64,000 nt of DNA, from assembly GCA_951406725.2 (NCBI GenBank), contig CATOCA020000012.1, positions 51,442-115,441 of the forward strand. The letters are read 5' to 3'. Below are positions 25,673 through 38,800 of the stretch, one piece after another. This stretch comes from Octopus vulgaris. Its lineage: Eukaryota. A program made the translations under genes and the position numbers. Numbering within the stretch: position 1 is the first letter of the stretch; every line of letters starts with the position of its first letter. The notes beneath the pieces are model-generated. The model did not search any database, was not told where the DNA came from, and was given only the letters and a program-made list of their open reading frames with translations.

Positions 25673-26785
25673 GGTATGTAGATACGGGAGGCATTGGGTG
25701 CTTAACACTCGCAAATCTGAAGTCGCTAAAGGTGCAATAAATTGAACTTCTTTTCATTTAGAACTTAGGGATCTGCAAATGTGGGTATCTTGGAGATGCT
25801 TAAAGTGTCTGCTGTAGCTGTAATCGTCGCACAAACAAACGAATAAAAACAGTCGCTCACACACACGTACACACAAAAATAAAAACATTCACACAAACAC
25901 AGACACTGAAATGAAAATAGCAACACACACACATATAAAAAGTCCCACGCACACAAACACTGAAAAAAAAATTCTCACAAAAACACTCACATACGCACAA
26001 AAAAACACAAATAAAAATACAGATACATATTCACACACTCAAACACGCGGACAAACACAGAAATGAAAACAGTTACATACCTACACATGCACAAACACAG
26101 ACACACACAAATACAAATGGAAAATACGGTAACACATCCAAACTCTAACACACTAACATACGCACAAACACACATACACACAAACATAAGCACCCACACA
26201 GAGAAATGAAAACACAGTTACACACTCACACATAAACCCTAACCCTAACTAGCACAAACATACAAGTTATTCAGAATGTAAAGGGGCATTGGGTGCTTTG
26301 CACTCGCAGTTAGAATATCAGCCCCCTCCACGCCAGTATGAGAATTTCTTTTATCCACTTGTGAAATTAATACATTGTCGACACATGGGAAAAATATGAG
26401 CAACATCTGAAGTCACTAAAGGTGCAATAAATTGAACTTATTTTGATTTAGTAGTTAGTGATCTCAAATGTGGGTATCTTATAAATGGTCAAAGTGTTTG
26501 TTGCATTTGTAAGTGTCGCACACACACAAACAAATAGAAACACTCAGTCGCTCACACACTCGCGCACACAGAAATAAAAACACTCTCACACACACACAAA
26601 CAACCACTGAAATGAAAATACCCATACTCACATAAATAAAAACAGTCCCACACACACAAGGAGCCCCAATAGGTCTATCAAAAAGTTTCTAGTATTTTTC
26701 CTAGCCCATAATTTATAATAATTGAAGTTCTTACAATAAATAAATACCTACTAAATCAGTACATCGAACATTACGTCCCCGTAAC
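25668..26785 (+). repeat. CA-rich module, longer variant, truncated at the palindrome breakpoint
   Basis: Homologous to 4762-5310 and 5900-6260; ends ...ACGTCCCCGTAAC inside a SINE. Confidence 0.8.
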
Positions 26786-27509
26786 AATTACTTCCGAGTT
26801 CAGTCCCACTGAGTGGCACGTTAGGCAAATGTCTTCTACTAGCATATAGGCTCGAGGCGATAATAACTGTCTCGAGTCTATATGATATTACTTTTCCAAA
26901 TCCACCACTCTCGCGTGGTTTTCTCAGCAGTAAATATAAACTAGATAGATATTTATATATATGTTTCTGTGTCCCCAAAACCGCTTGACAACTGATGCTG
27001 GTCTTTTTACACCCCAGTAACTTCGGGAAAAGACGACCAATAAATAATATTCTAGGCTGTCATAGAGTAAGTCCTAGTGTCGATTTGCTCTAGAAAAGCG
27101 TTAAAGGGTGTGTGTCACGTCTCGAATTATATATTCTAGAGCTATTTCTCTCGCATATTATAATTTAATAAAAGTAAAATAATTATATGAAAGGAAAGTA
27201 ACTCTGGAAGATGTTATCTAGTTATCTCCCTTCCGAGAGTTAATATCCTAAAATATTTTATTATTGTTAAAATATAATATTCAAGGGAAGTAACTGTAGA
27301 AGATACTCTGTAGTTATCTCCCTTAAGTATGTAGTTATCTCCCTTAAGTATGTAGTTATCGTAATATACACTTTGTCGCTCTTATACTCTTTCAGTTATT
27401 TCACTGTGACCATGGTGGAGCACCGCCTTTAGTCAAGCAAATCAACCCCAGCAATTATTCTTTGTATGCCTATTACTTAACGTATAGGTCTCTTTTGCAG
27501 AACCGATAA
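26786..27509. other. Non-palindromic 724-bp spacer at the centre of the inverted repeat
   Basis: Arm complementarity stops at GTAAC (26785) / GTTAC (27510); contains SINE pieces and one AT-rich-family unit. Confidence 0.88.
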
Positions 27510-28615
27510 GTTACGGGGACGTAATGTTCGATGTACTGATTTAGTAGGTATTTATTTATTGTAAGAACTTCAATTATTATAAATTATGGGCTAGGAAAAA
27601 TACTAGAAACTTTTTTGATAGACCTATTGGGGCTCCTTGTGTGTGTGGGACTGTTTTTATTTATGTTTGTATGGGTATTTTCATTTCAGTGGTTGTTTGT
27701 GTGTGTGTGAGAGTGTTTTTATTTCTGTGTGCGCGAGTGTGTGAGCGACTGAGTGTTTCTATTTGTTTGTGTGTGTGCGACACTTACAAATGCAACAAGC
27801 ACTTTGACCATTTCTAAGATACCCACATTTGAGATCACTAACTACTAAATCAAAATAAGTTCAATTTATTGCACCTTTAGTGACTTCAGATGTTGCTCAT
27901 ATTTTTCCCATGTGTCGACAACGTATTAATTTCACAAGTGGATAAAAGAAATTCTCATACTGGCATGGAGGGGGCTGATATTCTAACTGCGAGTGCAAAG
28001 CACCCAATGCCCCTTTACATTCTGAATAACTTGTATGTTTGTGCTAGTTAGGGTTAGGGTTTATGTGTGAGTGTGTAACTGTTTTCATTTCTGTGTGTGG
28101 GTGCTTATGTTTGTGTGTATGTGTGTTTGTGCGTATGTTAATGTGTTAGAGTTTGGATGTGTTACCGTATTTTCCATTTGTATTTGTGTGTCTGTGTTTG
28201 TGCATGTGTAGGTATGTAACTGTTTTCATTTCTGTGTTTGTCCGCGTGTTTGAGTGTGTGAATATGTATCTGTATTTTTATTTTTTGTGCGTATGTGAGT
28301 GTTTTTGTGAGAATTTTTTTTTCAGTGTTTGTGTGCGTGGGACTTTTTATATGTGTGTGTGTTGCTATTTTCATTTCAGTGTCTGTGTTTGTGTGAATGT
28401 TTTTATTTTTGTGTGTACGTGTGTGTGAGCGACTGTGTTTTTATTCGTTTGTTTGTGCGACGATTACAGCTACAGCAGACACTTTAAGCATCTCCAAGAT
28501 ACCCACATTTGCAGATCCCTAAGTTCTAAATGAAAAGAAGTTCAATTTATTGCACCTTTAGCGACTTCAGATTTGCGAGTGTTAAGCACCCAATGCCTCC
28601 CGTATCTACATACCT

Positions 28616-28836
28616 GGATTGGCCATAATTGGCTTCATTCGGAGATCTCTCGGGTGTGGAATATTTATAACTATAGAAGTTAACTTGTTACAGGTTTTGT
28701 TTATGGCTTAACTTTTGTAGATTTTGGGAAGTCCATAGATGTTACTGGCTTTGCAGTGAAATCTAGTCAAGCAATTTGTCTCCTTTTTTGTTAAATCGTG
28801 TTGGAACTGGTGGATAAAAGTAGACAGTTTGGTCAT
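28616..28836 (-). pseudogene. Penelope-like RT fragment, inverted copy
   Basis: Reads ASNIYGLPKIYKS here, closer to the YGLPKIHK consensus than the left copy. Confidence 0.65.
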
Positions 28837-28958
28837 TACCTTCGAACGACTGTAGCTGTTTTACTCCTGTATTTTAGCGGTTCGGCAAAAGAGAATAAAA
28901 TACTAGGCTTACAAAGAAGTGCTGCGGACGATGTGATCGACTAAAGGCGGCGCTCCAG

Positions 28959-28990
<32 letters not shown>

Positions 28991-29445
28991 CTTACAGATA
29001 TACGTGTATATACCCACATACGCATATATACTATATAAAACAAAAAAGAAACTTGATTATGTCATTATTACTTTCTTACAGATATTACAACATGAAACGT
29101 ATTATATGACGTTAGGGAAGTAACTCTAGGAGATATTTTCTGCGATCTCCCTAGTTAACAGGTCATGGACTTTTCTCGTTATTTAACTCTTTTACTCTCA
29201 TTTACTTGTTTCAGTCATTTGACTGTGGCCATGTTGGAGCACGACCTTTAGTCGAGCATATCGACCCCAGGACTTATTCATTGTAGGCCTAGTGCTTATT
29301 CTATTAGTCTATTTCGCTGAACCTCTAAGTTATGGGGACGTAAACAGACTAGCATCCGTTGTGTAGCAATGTTTGGGAACAAAGACACACACGCACACAT
29401 AAACATATATATGACTGGAGTTTTCCAGTTTCGAGTTTTCCAGCT

Positions 29446-29848
29446 GCCTCGTTCACCCATCATGCGTCCATACAAACATGCCTCGTTCACACATCATGCG
29501 TCCATACAAACATGCCTCGTTCACACATCATGCGTCCATACAAACATGCCTCGTTCACACATCATGCGTCCATACAAACAAGCCTCTTTCACACATCATG
29601 CGTCCATACAAACAAGCCACGTTCACACATCATGCGTCCATTCAAACAAGCCTCGTTCACACATCATGCGTCCAAACAACCAAGCCTCGTTCACACATCA
29701 TGCGTTCATACAAACAAGCCTCGTTCACACATCATGCGTCCATACAAATATGCCTCGTTCACATATCTTGCGTCCATACAAACAAGCCTCGTTCACACAT
29801 CATGCGTCCATACACACAAGCCTCGTCCACACATCATGCGTCCATACA
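29446..29848 (-). repeat. 34-bp minisatellite, 12 copies, inverted
   Basis: GCCTC/GCCAC every 34 bp from 29446 to 29820. Confidence 0.95.
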
Positions 29849-29861
29849 TAGATATTCATAC

Positions 29862-32800
29862 ATTCAGGGACATGTAATTCAGGGACAGGTAATTCAGGGG
29901 CATGTAATTCAGGGAAGGTAATTCAAGGCAGGTAATCCAGGCGCAGGAAATTCAGGGGCAGGTAATCCAGGTGCATGTATTTCAGGGACAGGTAATTCAG
30001 GGGCATGTAATTAAGGGGCAGGAAATTCAGGGACATGTAATTCACGGGCAGGTAATTGAGGGGCATGTAATTCAGGGGTATGTAATTCAGGTGTAGGTTA
30101 TTCAGGGGCAGGTAATCCAGGGTTAAGTAATTAAGGGGCATGTAATTCAGGGGCATGTAATTCAGAGCAAGGTAGTTAATTGAGGGGCATGTAATTCAGG
30201 GGCAGGTAATTCAGGTTTATGTAATCCAGGTGCAGGTAATTCAGGGGAATGTAATTCAGGTGCATGTAATTCAGGGGCATGTAATTGAGGTGCAGGTAAT
30301 TGAGGAGCATATAATTCAGGTGCATGTAATTCAGGGGCATGTAATTTAGGGGAAGGTAATCCAGGGGCAGGTAATTCAGGGGTAATTCAGGGAAGGTAAT
30401 TTAAAGGAATGTCATTCATGGGCAGGTAATTCAGGGTTAGGTAATCCAGGGTATGTTATTCAGGGGCAGGTAATCTAGGTGCAGGTAATTTAGGGATAGA
30501 TAATTCAGAGGCATGTCATTCAGGTGCATGTAATTAAGAGGCATGTAATTGAGGGCCATGTAATTCAGGTGTTTGCAATTCAGGGGCAGGTAATTCAGAT
30601 GCATGTTATTTAGGGGCAGGTACTTCAGGGGTATGTAATTCATGGGCAGGTAATTCAGGTGTATGTTATTCAGGGGCAGGTAATTCATGGGCATGTAATT
30701 AAAGGGCAGGTAGTTCAGGGGCAGGTAATTTAGGGGCAGGTAATTCACGGGCATGTAATTCAGGTGTATGTGATTCATTGGCATGTAATTTAGGGGCAGG
30801 TAATTCACGTGCATGTAATTCAAGTGTATATAATTCAGGGGCAGGTAATTCAGGTGCAGGTTATTCAGGGACTCAGGGGCAGATAATTCAGGGGCATGTA
30901 ATTGAGGGGAAGGTAATCCAGGTGCAGGTGATTTAGAGGAATGTCATTCATTGGCAGGTAATTCAGAGGAATGTAATTCAGGGGCATGTAATTCAGATGA
31001 AAGGTAATTCAGGGGCAGGTAATTTATAGGAATGTCATTCATGGGCAGGTAATTCAGGGGCAGGTAATTCAGGGGCAGGTAATTTAGGGATAGATAATTC
31101 AGAGGCAGGTCATTCAGGTGCATGTAATTAAGAGGCATGTAATTGAGGGGCAGGTAATTCAGGTGCAGGTAATTCAGGGGAAGGTAATTCAGGGTCAGGT
31201 TATTTAGGGTTAGGTTATTCAGGGGCAGGTAATTCAGATGTATGTTATTCAGGGGAAGGTAATTCAGGGGCAGGTAATCCAGGGGCATGTAATTAAGGGG
31301 CAGGTAGTTCAGGGGCATGTAATTCATGGGCAGGTAATTGAGGGGCATGCAATTCAGGGGCATGTAATTGAGGTGCAGGTATTTGAGGGGCATGTAATTC
31401 AGGTGTATGTAATTCAGGGGCATGTAATTCATGGGTGGGTAATTAAGGGGTAATTCAGGGAAGGTAATTTAGAGGATTGTCATCCAGGGGCAGGTAATTC
31501 AGGGTTAGGAAATCCAGGGGCATGTAATTCAGGGGTAATTCAGGGACAGGTAATTTATAGGAATGTCATTCATGGGCAGGTTATTCAGGGGCAGGTAATT
31601 CAGAGGCATGTCATTCAGGGGCAGGTCATTCAGGTGCATGTAATTAAGGGGCAGGTAATTCAGGGCCATGTAATTCAGGGGAAGGTAATTCAGGGGCAGG
31701 TAATCCAGGGTTAAGTAATTAAGGGGTATGTAATTCAGAGCAAGGTAATTCAGTGGCAGGTAGTTGAGGGGCATGTAATTGAGGTGCAAGTAATTCAGGG
31801 GAACGTAATTCAGGGGAAGGTAATTAAGGGACAGGTAATTTATAGGAATGTCATTCACGGGCAGGTAATTCAGGGGCAGGTAATTAAGGGCATGTAATTC
31901 AGGGGTATGTAATTCAGGGGCATGTAATTCAGATGAAAGGTAATTCAGGGGCATGTCAATCACGGGCAGGTAATTTAGGGATAGATAATTCAGAGGCATG
32001 TCATTCAGGGGCATGTAATTAAGAGGCAGGTAATTCAGGGGCAGGCAATTCAGATGCATGTAATTTAGGGGCAGGTACTTAGGGGGTATGTAATTCAGGG
32101 GCACGTAATTGAGGGGCAGGTAATTCACGGGCATGTAATTCAGGTGTATGTAATTCTTGGGCAGGTAATTGAGGGGCAGGTAACTCAGGGGCAGATAGTT
32201 CAGGGGCAGGTAATTCAGGTGTATGTAATTCAGGTGCATGAAAATTCAGGTGCATGTAATTCAGGGGCATGTAATTCAGGGGCATGTAATTCAGGGGCAG
32301 GTAATTCAGGGGCATGTAATTCATGGGCAGGTAATTCAGGGGTATGTAATTCAGGGACATGTCATTCAGGGAAGGTAATTCAGGGGCTGGTAATTCAGGG
32401 GCATGTAATTCGGGCATGTAATTCATGGGCGGGTAATTGAGGGGAAGGTAATCCAGGTGCAGGTGATTTAGAGTAATGTCATTCATTGGCAGGTAATTCA
32501 GGGGCAGGTATTCAGAGGAATGTAATTCAGGGGAAGGTAATTAAGGGACAGGTAATTTATAGGAATGTCATTCATGGGCAGGTAATTCAGGGGCATGTAA
32601 TTCAGATGAAAGGTAATTCAGGGGCATGTCAATCACGGGCAGGTAATTTAGGGATAAATTATTCAGAGGCATGTCATTCAGGGGCAGGTCATTCAGGTGC
32701 ATGTAATTAAGAGTCAGGTAATTCAGGTGTTTGTAGTTCAGGGGCAGGCAATTCAGATGCATGTAATTTAGGGGCAGGTACTTAGGGGGTATGTAATTCA

Positions 32801-35800
32801 GGGGCACGTAATTCAGGGGAAGGTAATTCAGGGTCAGGTAATCCAGGGTCAAGTAATTAAGGGGCATGTAATTTAGAGCAAGGTAATTCAGTGGCAGGTA
32901 ATTGAGGGGCATGTAATTCAGCTTTATGTAATTCAGGTGCAGGTAATTCAGGTGCAGGTAATTCAGGGGCATGTAATTAAGGGGCATATAATTGAGGTGC
33001 AGGTAATTGAGCAGCATGTAATTCAGGGGCAGGTAATCAAGGGGCAGGTAAACCAGAGGCAGGTAGTTCAGGTGCAGGTGATTTAGAGGAATGTCATTCA
33101 TGGGCATGTAATTCAGGGGCAGGTAATTCAGGGGTATGTAATTCAGAGGAAAGGTAATTCAGGGGCATGTAATTCAGGGGCAGGTATTTCAGGGCATGTC
33201 ATTCACGGGCAGGTAATTCAGGGGCTGGTAATTTAGGGATAGATAATTCAGAGGCATGTCATTCAGGGGCAGGTCATTCAGGTGCATGTAATTAAGAGGC
33301 AGGTAATTCAGGGCCATGTAATTCAGGGGCGGGTAATTCAGATGCATGTTATTTAGGGGCAGGTAATTCAGGGGCAGGTAATTCAGGGGCAGGTAATTCA
33401 GGGCAGGTAATTCAGAGGCAGGTAATTCAGGGGAAGGTAATTCAAATGTATGTTATTCAGGGGAAGGTAATTAAGGGGCAGGTAATCCAGGGGCAGGTAA
33501 TCCAGGGGCATGTAATTAAGGGGCAGGTAGTTCAGGGGCATGTAATTCATGGGCAGGTAATTGAGGGCATGTCATTCAGGGGCATGTAATTTAGGGGCAG
33601 GTAATTCACGGGCAGGTAATTCACGGGCATGTAATTCAGGTGTATGTAATTTATGGGCAGCTAATTCAGGGGAATGTCATTCAGGGGCAGGTAATTCGGG
33701 CATGTAATTCATGTGCGGGTAATTGAGGGGAAGGTAATCCAGGGGGAGGTAATTTATAGGAATGTCATTCATGGGCAGGTAATTCAGGGTCTTGTAATTC
33801 AGGGGCATGTAATTGAGGTGCAGGTAATTGAGGGGCTTGTAATCCAGGTGTATGTAATTCAGGGGCATGTAATTCGTGGGTGGGTAATTCGGGGGAAGGT
33901 AATCCAGGGGCAGGTAATTCAGGCGTAATTCAGGGACAGGTAATTTAGAGGAATGTCATTCATTGGCAGGTAATTCAGGGGCAGGTAATCGAGGTGCATG
34001 TATTTCAGGGGCATGTAATTCACGGGCAGGTAATTCAGGGGCTGGTGATTTAGGGATAGATAATTCAGAGGCATGTCATTCAGGGGCAGGTCATTCAGGT
34101 GCATGTAATTAAGAGACAGGTAATTCAGGTGCTTGCAATTCAGGGGCACGTAATTCAGATGCATGTAATTTAGGGGCAGGTACTTCAGGTGAAGGTAATT
34201 TAGGGGCATTTAATTCATGGGCAGGTAATTGAGGGGCATGTAATTTAGGGCCAGGTAGTTCACGGGCAGGTAATTGAGGGGCAGGTAATTCAGGGGCATG
34301 TAATTCACGGGCAGGTAATTCAGGTGCAGGTTATTCAGGGACTCAGGGGTAGATACTTCAGGGGCATGTAATTCTGGGGCAGGGGCATGTAATTCAGTTG
34401 CATGTAATTCATGGGCATGTAATTCAGGAGCATGTTATTCAGGGGCATGTCATTCAGGGAAGGTAATTCAGGTGCAGGTAATTCAGGGTTAGGTAATTCA
34501 GCGGCATGTAATTGAGGTGCAGGTAATTCAGGGGTAGGTAATTCAGGGGCATGTAATTCGTGGGTGGGTAATTCAGAGGAATGTAATTCAGGGGCATGTA
34601 ATTCAGGGGAAGGTAATCCAGGGGCAGGTAATTCAGGGGCATGTAATTCAGGGGCAGGTAATTCAGGGGCATGTAATTCAGTTGAAAGGTAATTCAGGGC
34701 ATGTAATTCACGGGCAGGTAATTCAGGGGCTGGTAATTTAGGGATAGATAATTCAGAGGCATGTAATTCAGGTGCAGGTAATTCAGGGTTAGGTAATTCA
34801 GCGGCATGTAATTGAGGTGCAGGTAATTCAGGGGCATGTAATTCGTGGGTGGGTAATTCAGGGGAATGTAATTCAGGGGAAGGTAATTCAGGGGCAGGTA
34901 ATTCAGGGGCATGTAATTCAGGGGCAGGTAATTCAGGGGCATGTAATTCAGATGAAAGGTAATTCAGGGCATGTCATTCACGGGCAGGTAATTCAGGGGC
35001 TGGTAATTTAGGGATAGATAATTCAGAGGCATGTCATTCAGGGGCAGGTAATTCAGGGGCATGTAATTTAGGGGCAGGTAATTCAGGGCCATTTAATTCA
35101 TGGGCAGGTAATTGGGGGGCAGGTAATTCATGGGCAGGTAATTCAGGGGCATGTCATTCAGGGGCAGGTAATTACTCTAAATCACCTGCACCTGGATTAC
35201 CTTCCCCTCACATTACCTGCACGTGAATTACATGCCTGATTAACCTGCCCCTCAATGACATGCCCCTGAATTACATACCCCTGAATTACCTTCCCATAAA
35301 TTACATACACCTGAATTACATGCCCCTGAATTACCTACCCCTGAATTACCATTCAGGGAAGGTAATTCAGGGGCATGTAATTCAGGGGCATGTAATTCAG
35401 GGGCAGGTAATTCAGGGGCAGGTAATTTAGGGATAGGTAATTCAGGGGCACATCATTCAGAGTCAGATCATTCATGTGCATGTAATTAAGAGTTATGTAA
35501 TTTAGGGGCAGGTAATTCAGGGGAAGGTAATTCAGGGGTAATTCAGGGACAGGTAATTTAGAGGAATGTCATTCATGGGCAGGTAATTCAGGGGCATGTA
35601 ATTCATGGGCAGGTAATTCAGGGGCATGTAATTCAGGGGCAGGTAATTCAGGGGCAGGTAATTCAGGGTTATGTAATTCAGGGGCAGGTAATTCAGGGGC
35701 ATGTAATTCAGGGGCAGGTAATTCAGGTGCATGTAATTCAGGGGCAGGTAATTCAGGGGCATGTAATTCAGGGGCAGGTAATTCAGGGGCATGTAATTCT

Positions 35801-38800
35801 GGGAAATGTAATTCAGGGGCAGGTAATTCAGGGGCAGGTAATTCAGGGGTATGTCATTCACTGGCAGGTAATTCAGGGCAGGTAATTTAGGTGATAGATA
35901 ATTCAGGGGCATGTAATTCAGGGCAGGTATCATTCAGGGGCATGTAATTCAGGGGCATGTAATTCAGGGGCAGGTAATTCAGGGGCATGTAATTCAGGGG
36001 CAGGTAATTCAGATGCATGTAATTTAGAGGCAGGTAATTCAGGGGTATGTAATTCAGGGGCAGGTAATTCAGGGGCAGGTAATTTAGAGGTATGTCATTC
36101 AGGGGCAGGTAATTCAGGGCATGTAATTAAGGGGCATGTAATTCAGGGGCAAGGTAATTCAGGGGCAGGTAATTGAGGGGCATGTAATTCAGGGGCAGGT
36201 AATTCAGGGGCATGTAATTCAGGGGCATGTAATTCAGGGGCATGTAATTCAGGGGCAGGTAATTCAGGGGAATGTAATTCAGGGGAAGGTAATTCAGGGG
36301 CAGGTAATTCAGGGGCATGTAATTCAGGGGCATGTAATTCAGGGGCAGGGGCAATAATTCAGGGGCATGTAATTCAGGTGCAGGTAATTCAGGTGCATGT
36401 AATTCAGGGGCATGTAATTCAGGTGCATGTAATTCAGGGGCAGGTAATTCAGGGGCATGTAATTCATGGGCAGGTAATTCAGGGGCAGGTAATTCAGGGG
36501 CAGGTAATTTAGAGGAATGTCATTCATGGGCAGGTAATTCAGGGGCAGGTAATCCAGGGGCAGGTAATTCAGGGGTAATTCAGGGACAGGTAATTTAGAG
36601 GAATGTCATTCATGGGCAGGTAATTCAGGGGCTTGTAATTCAGGGGCAGGTAATTCAGGGGCATGTAATTCAGGGGAATGTAATTCAGGGGCAGGTAATC
36701 TAGGTGCAGGTAATTCAGGGGCATGTAATTCACGGGCAGGTAATTCAGGGGCAGGTAATTCAGGGGCAGGTAATTCAGGGGCATGTCATTCACGGGCAGG
36801 TAATTCAGGGGCATGTAATTTAGGGATAGATAATTCAGAGGCATGTCATTCAGGGGCAGGTCATTCAGGTGCATGTAATTAAGAGACATGTAATTGAGGG
36901 GCAGGTAATTCAGGGTCATGTAATTCAGGTGTTTGTAATTCAGGGGCAGGTAATTCAGATGCATGTAATTCAGGTGTATGTAATTCAGGGGTAGGTAATT
37001 CAGGGGCATGTAATTCAGGGGCATGTAATTCGTGGGTGGGTAATTCAGAGCAATATATTTCAGGGGAAGGTAATCCAGGGGCAGGTAATTCAGGGAATGT
37101 CATTCATGGGCAGGTAATTTAGGGGCAGGTAATCGAGGGGCATGTAATTCAGGGGCATGTAATTCAGATGAAAGGTGATTCAGGGGCATGTAATTCAGGG
37201 CAGGTAATCTAGGTGCAGGTAATTCAGGGGCATGTAATTCAGGGCAGGTAATCTAGGTGCAGGTAATTCAGAGGCATGTCATTCAGGGCAGGTCATTGAG
37301 GTGCATGTAAATAAGAGCCATGTATTTCAGGTGTTTGTAATTCAGGGGCAGGTAATTCAGATGCATGTAATTTAGGGGCAGGTACTTCAGGGGTATGTAA
37401 TTCAGGGGCAGGTAATTGAGGGGAAGTTAATTCAGGTGTATGTTATTCAGGGGCAGGTAATTCATGGCCAGGTAATTCAGGGGCATGTAAATTCACGGGC
37501 AGGTAATTCACGGGCATGTAATTCAGGTGTATGTAATTCAGGGGCAGGTAATTCAGGTGCAGGTTATTCAGGGACTCAGGGGTAGATAATTCAGGGGCAT
37601 GTAATTCAGGGTCAGGTAATTCAGGTGTATGTAATTCAGGGGCAGGTAATTCAGGGGCATGTAATTCAGGGGCAGGTAATTCAGGGGCATGCAATTTGGG
37701 GGCAAGTAATTTAGGGGCAGGTAATTCATGGGCGGGTAATTCAGGCGAAGGTAATCCAGGGGCAGGTAGTTCAGGTGCAGGTGATTTAGACGAATGTCAT
37801 TCATTGGCAGGTAATTCAGGGGCACTTAATTTAGAGTGTAATTCAGGGGAAGGTAATCCAGGGGCAGGTAATTCAGGGGTAATTCAGGGAAAGGTAATTT
37901 ATAGGAATGTCATTCATGGGCAGGTAATTCAGGGGCATGTAATTCAGGGGCAGGTAATTCAGGGGCCCATAATTTAGGGGCAGGTAATTCAAAGGCACGT
38001 AATTCAGGTGTATGTAATTCAGGGGCAGGTAATTCAATTGCAGGTTATTCAGGGGCATGTAATTCAGGGGCAGGTAATTCAGATGCATGTAATTCAGGTG
38101 CATGTAATTCATGGGCAGGTAATTCAGGGGCATGTAATTCAGGGGAAGGTAATTTAGGGGCAGGAACTTCAGGGGCAGATTATTGAGTGTCAGGTTATTC
38201 AGGTATAGGTTATTCAGGGACAGGTAATTCCAGGGGTATGTAATTAAGGGGCAGGTCATTCAGGGGCAGGTAATTCAGGGGCACGTAATTCATGGGCATA
38301 AAATTCAGGGGATGGTAATTCAGGGGCACGTAATTCAGGGGCATGTTATTCAGGTGCAGGTAATTGAGGGGCATGTAATTAAGGGGCATGTAATTTAGGG
38401 GCATGTAATTCAGGGGCATGTAATTCATGGGTGGGTAATTCAGGGGAAGGTAATTCAGGGACAGGTAATTTAGAGGAATGTCATTCATGGGCAGGTAATT
38501 CAGGGGCATGTAATTCTGGGTTAGGTAATCCAGGGACATGTAATTTAGGGGCAGGTAATTCAGGGGTATGTAATTTTGGGGCAGGTAATTCAGGTGTATC
38601 TTATTCTGGTGTATGTTATTCAGGGGCATGTAATTCAGGGGCATGACATTCACGGGCAGGTAATTCCGGGGCAGGTAATTTAGGGATAGATAATTGAGGG
38701 GCATATCATTCAGGGTCAGGTCATTCATGTGCATTTAATTAAGAGGCATGTAATTGAGGGGCATCTAATTCAGGTGTCTGTAATTCAGGGGCAGGTAATT

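Larger units (their letters stand above)
10001..26785 (+). repeat. Left arm of giant inverted repeat
   Basis: Element order and sequence are mirrored in 27510-49920. Confidence 0.92.

Noticed and set aside
26234-26249. Internal AAACCCTAACCCTAAC (inverted copy at ~28047) as a telomere seed
   Set aside because: Only two units within a CA-rich module; too short to support a claim
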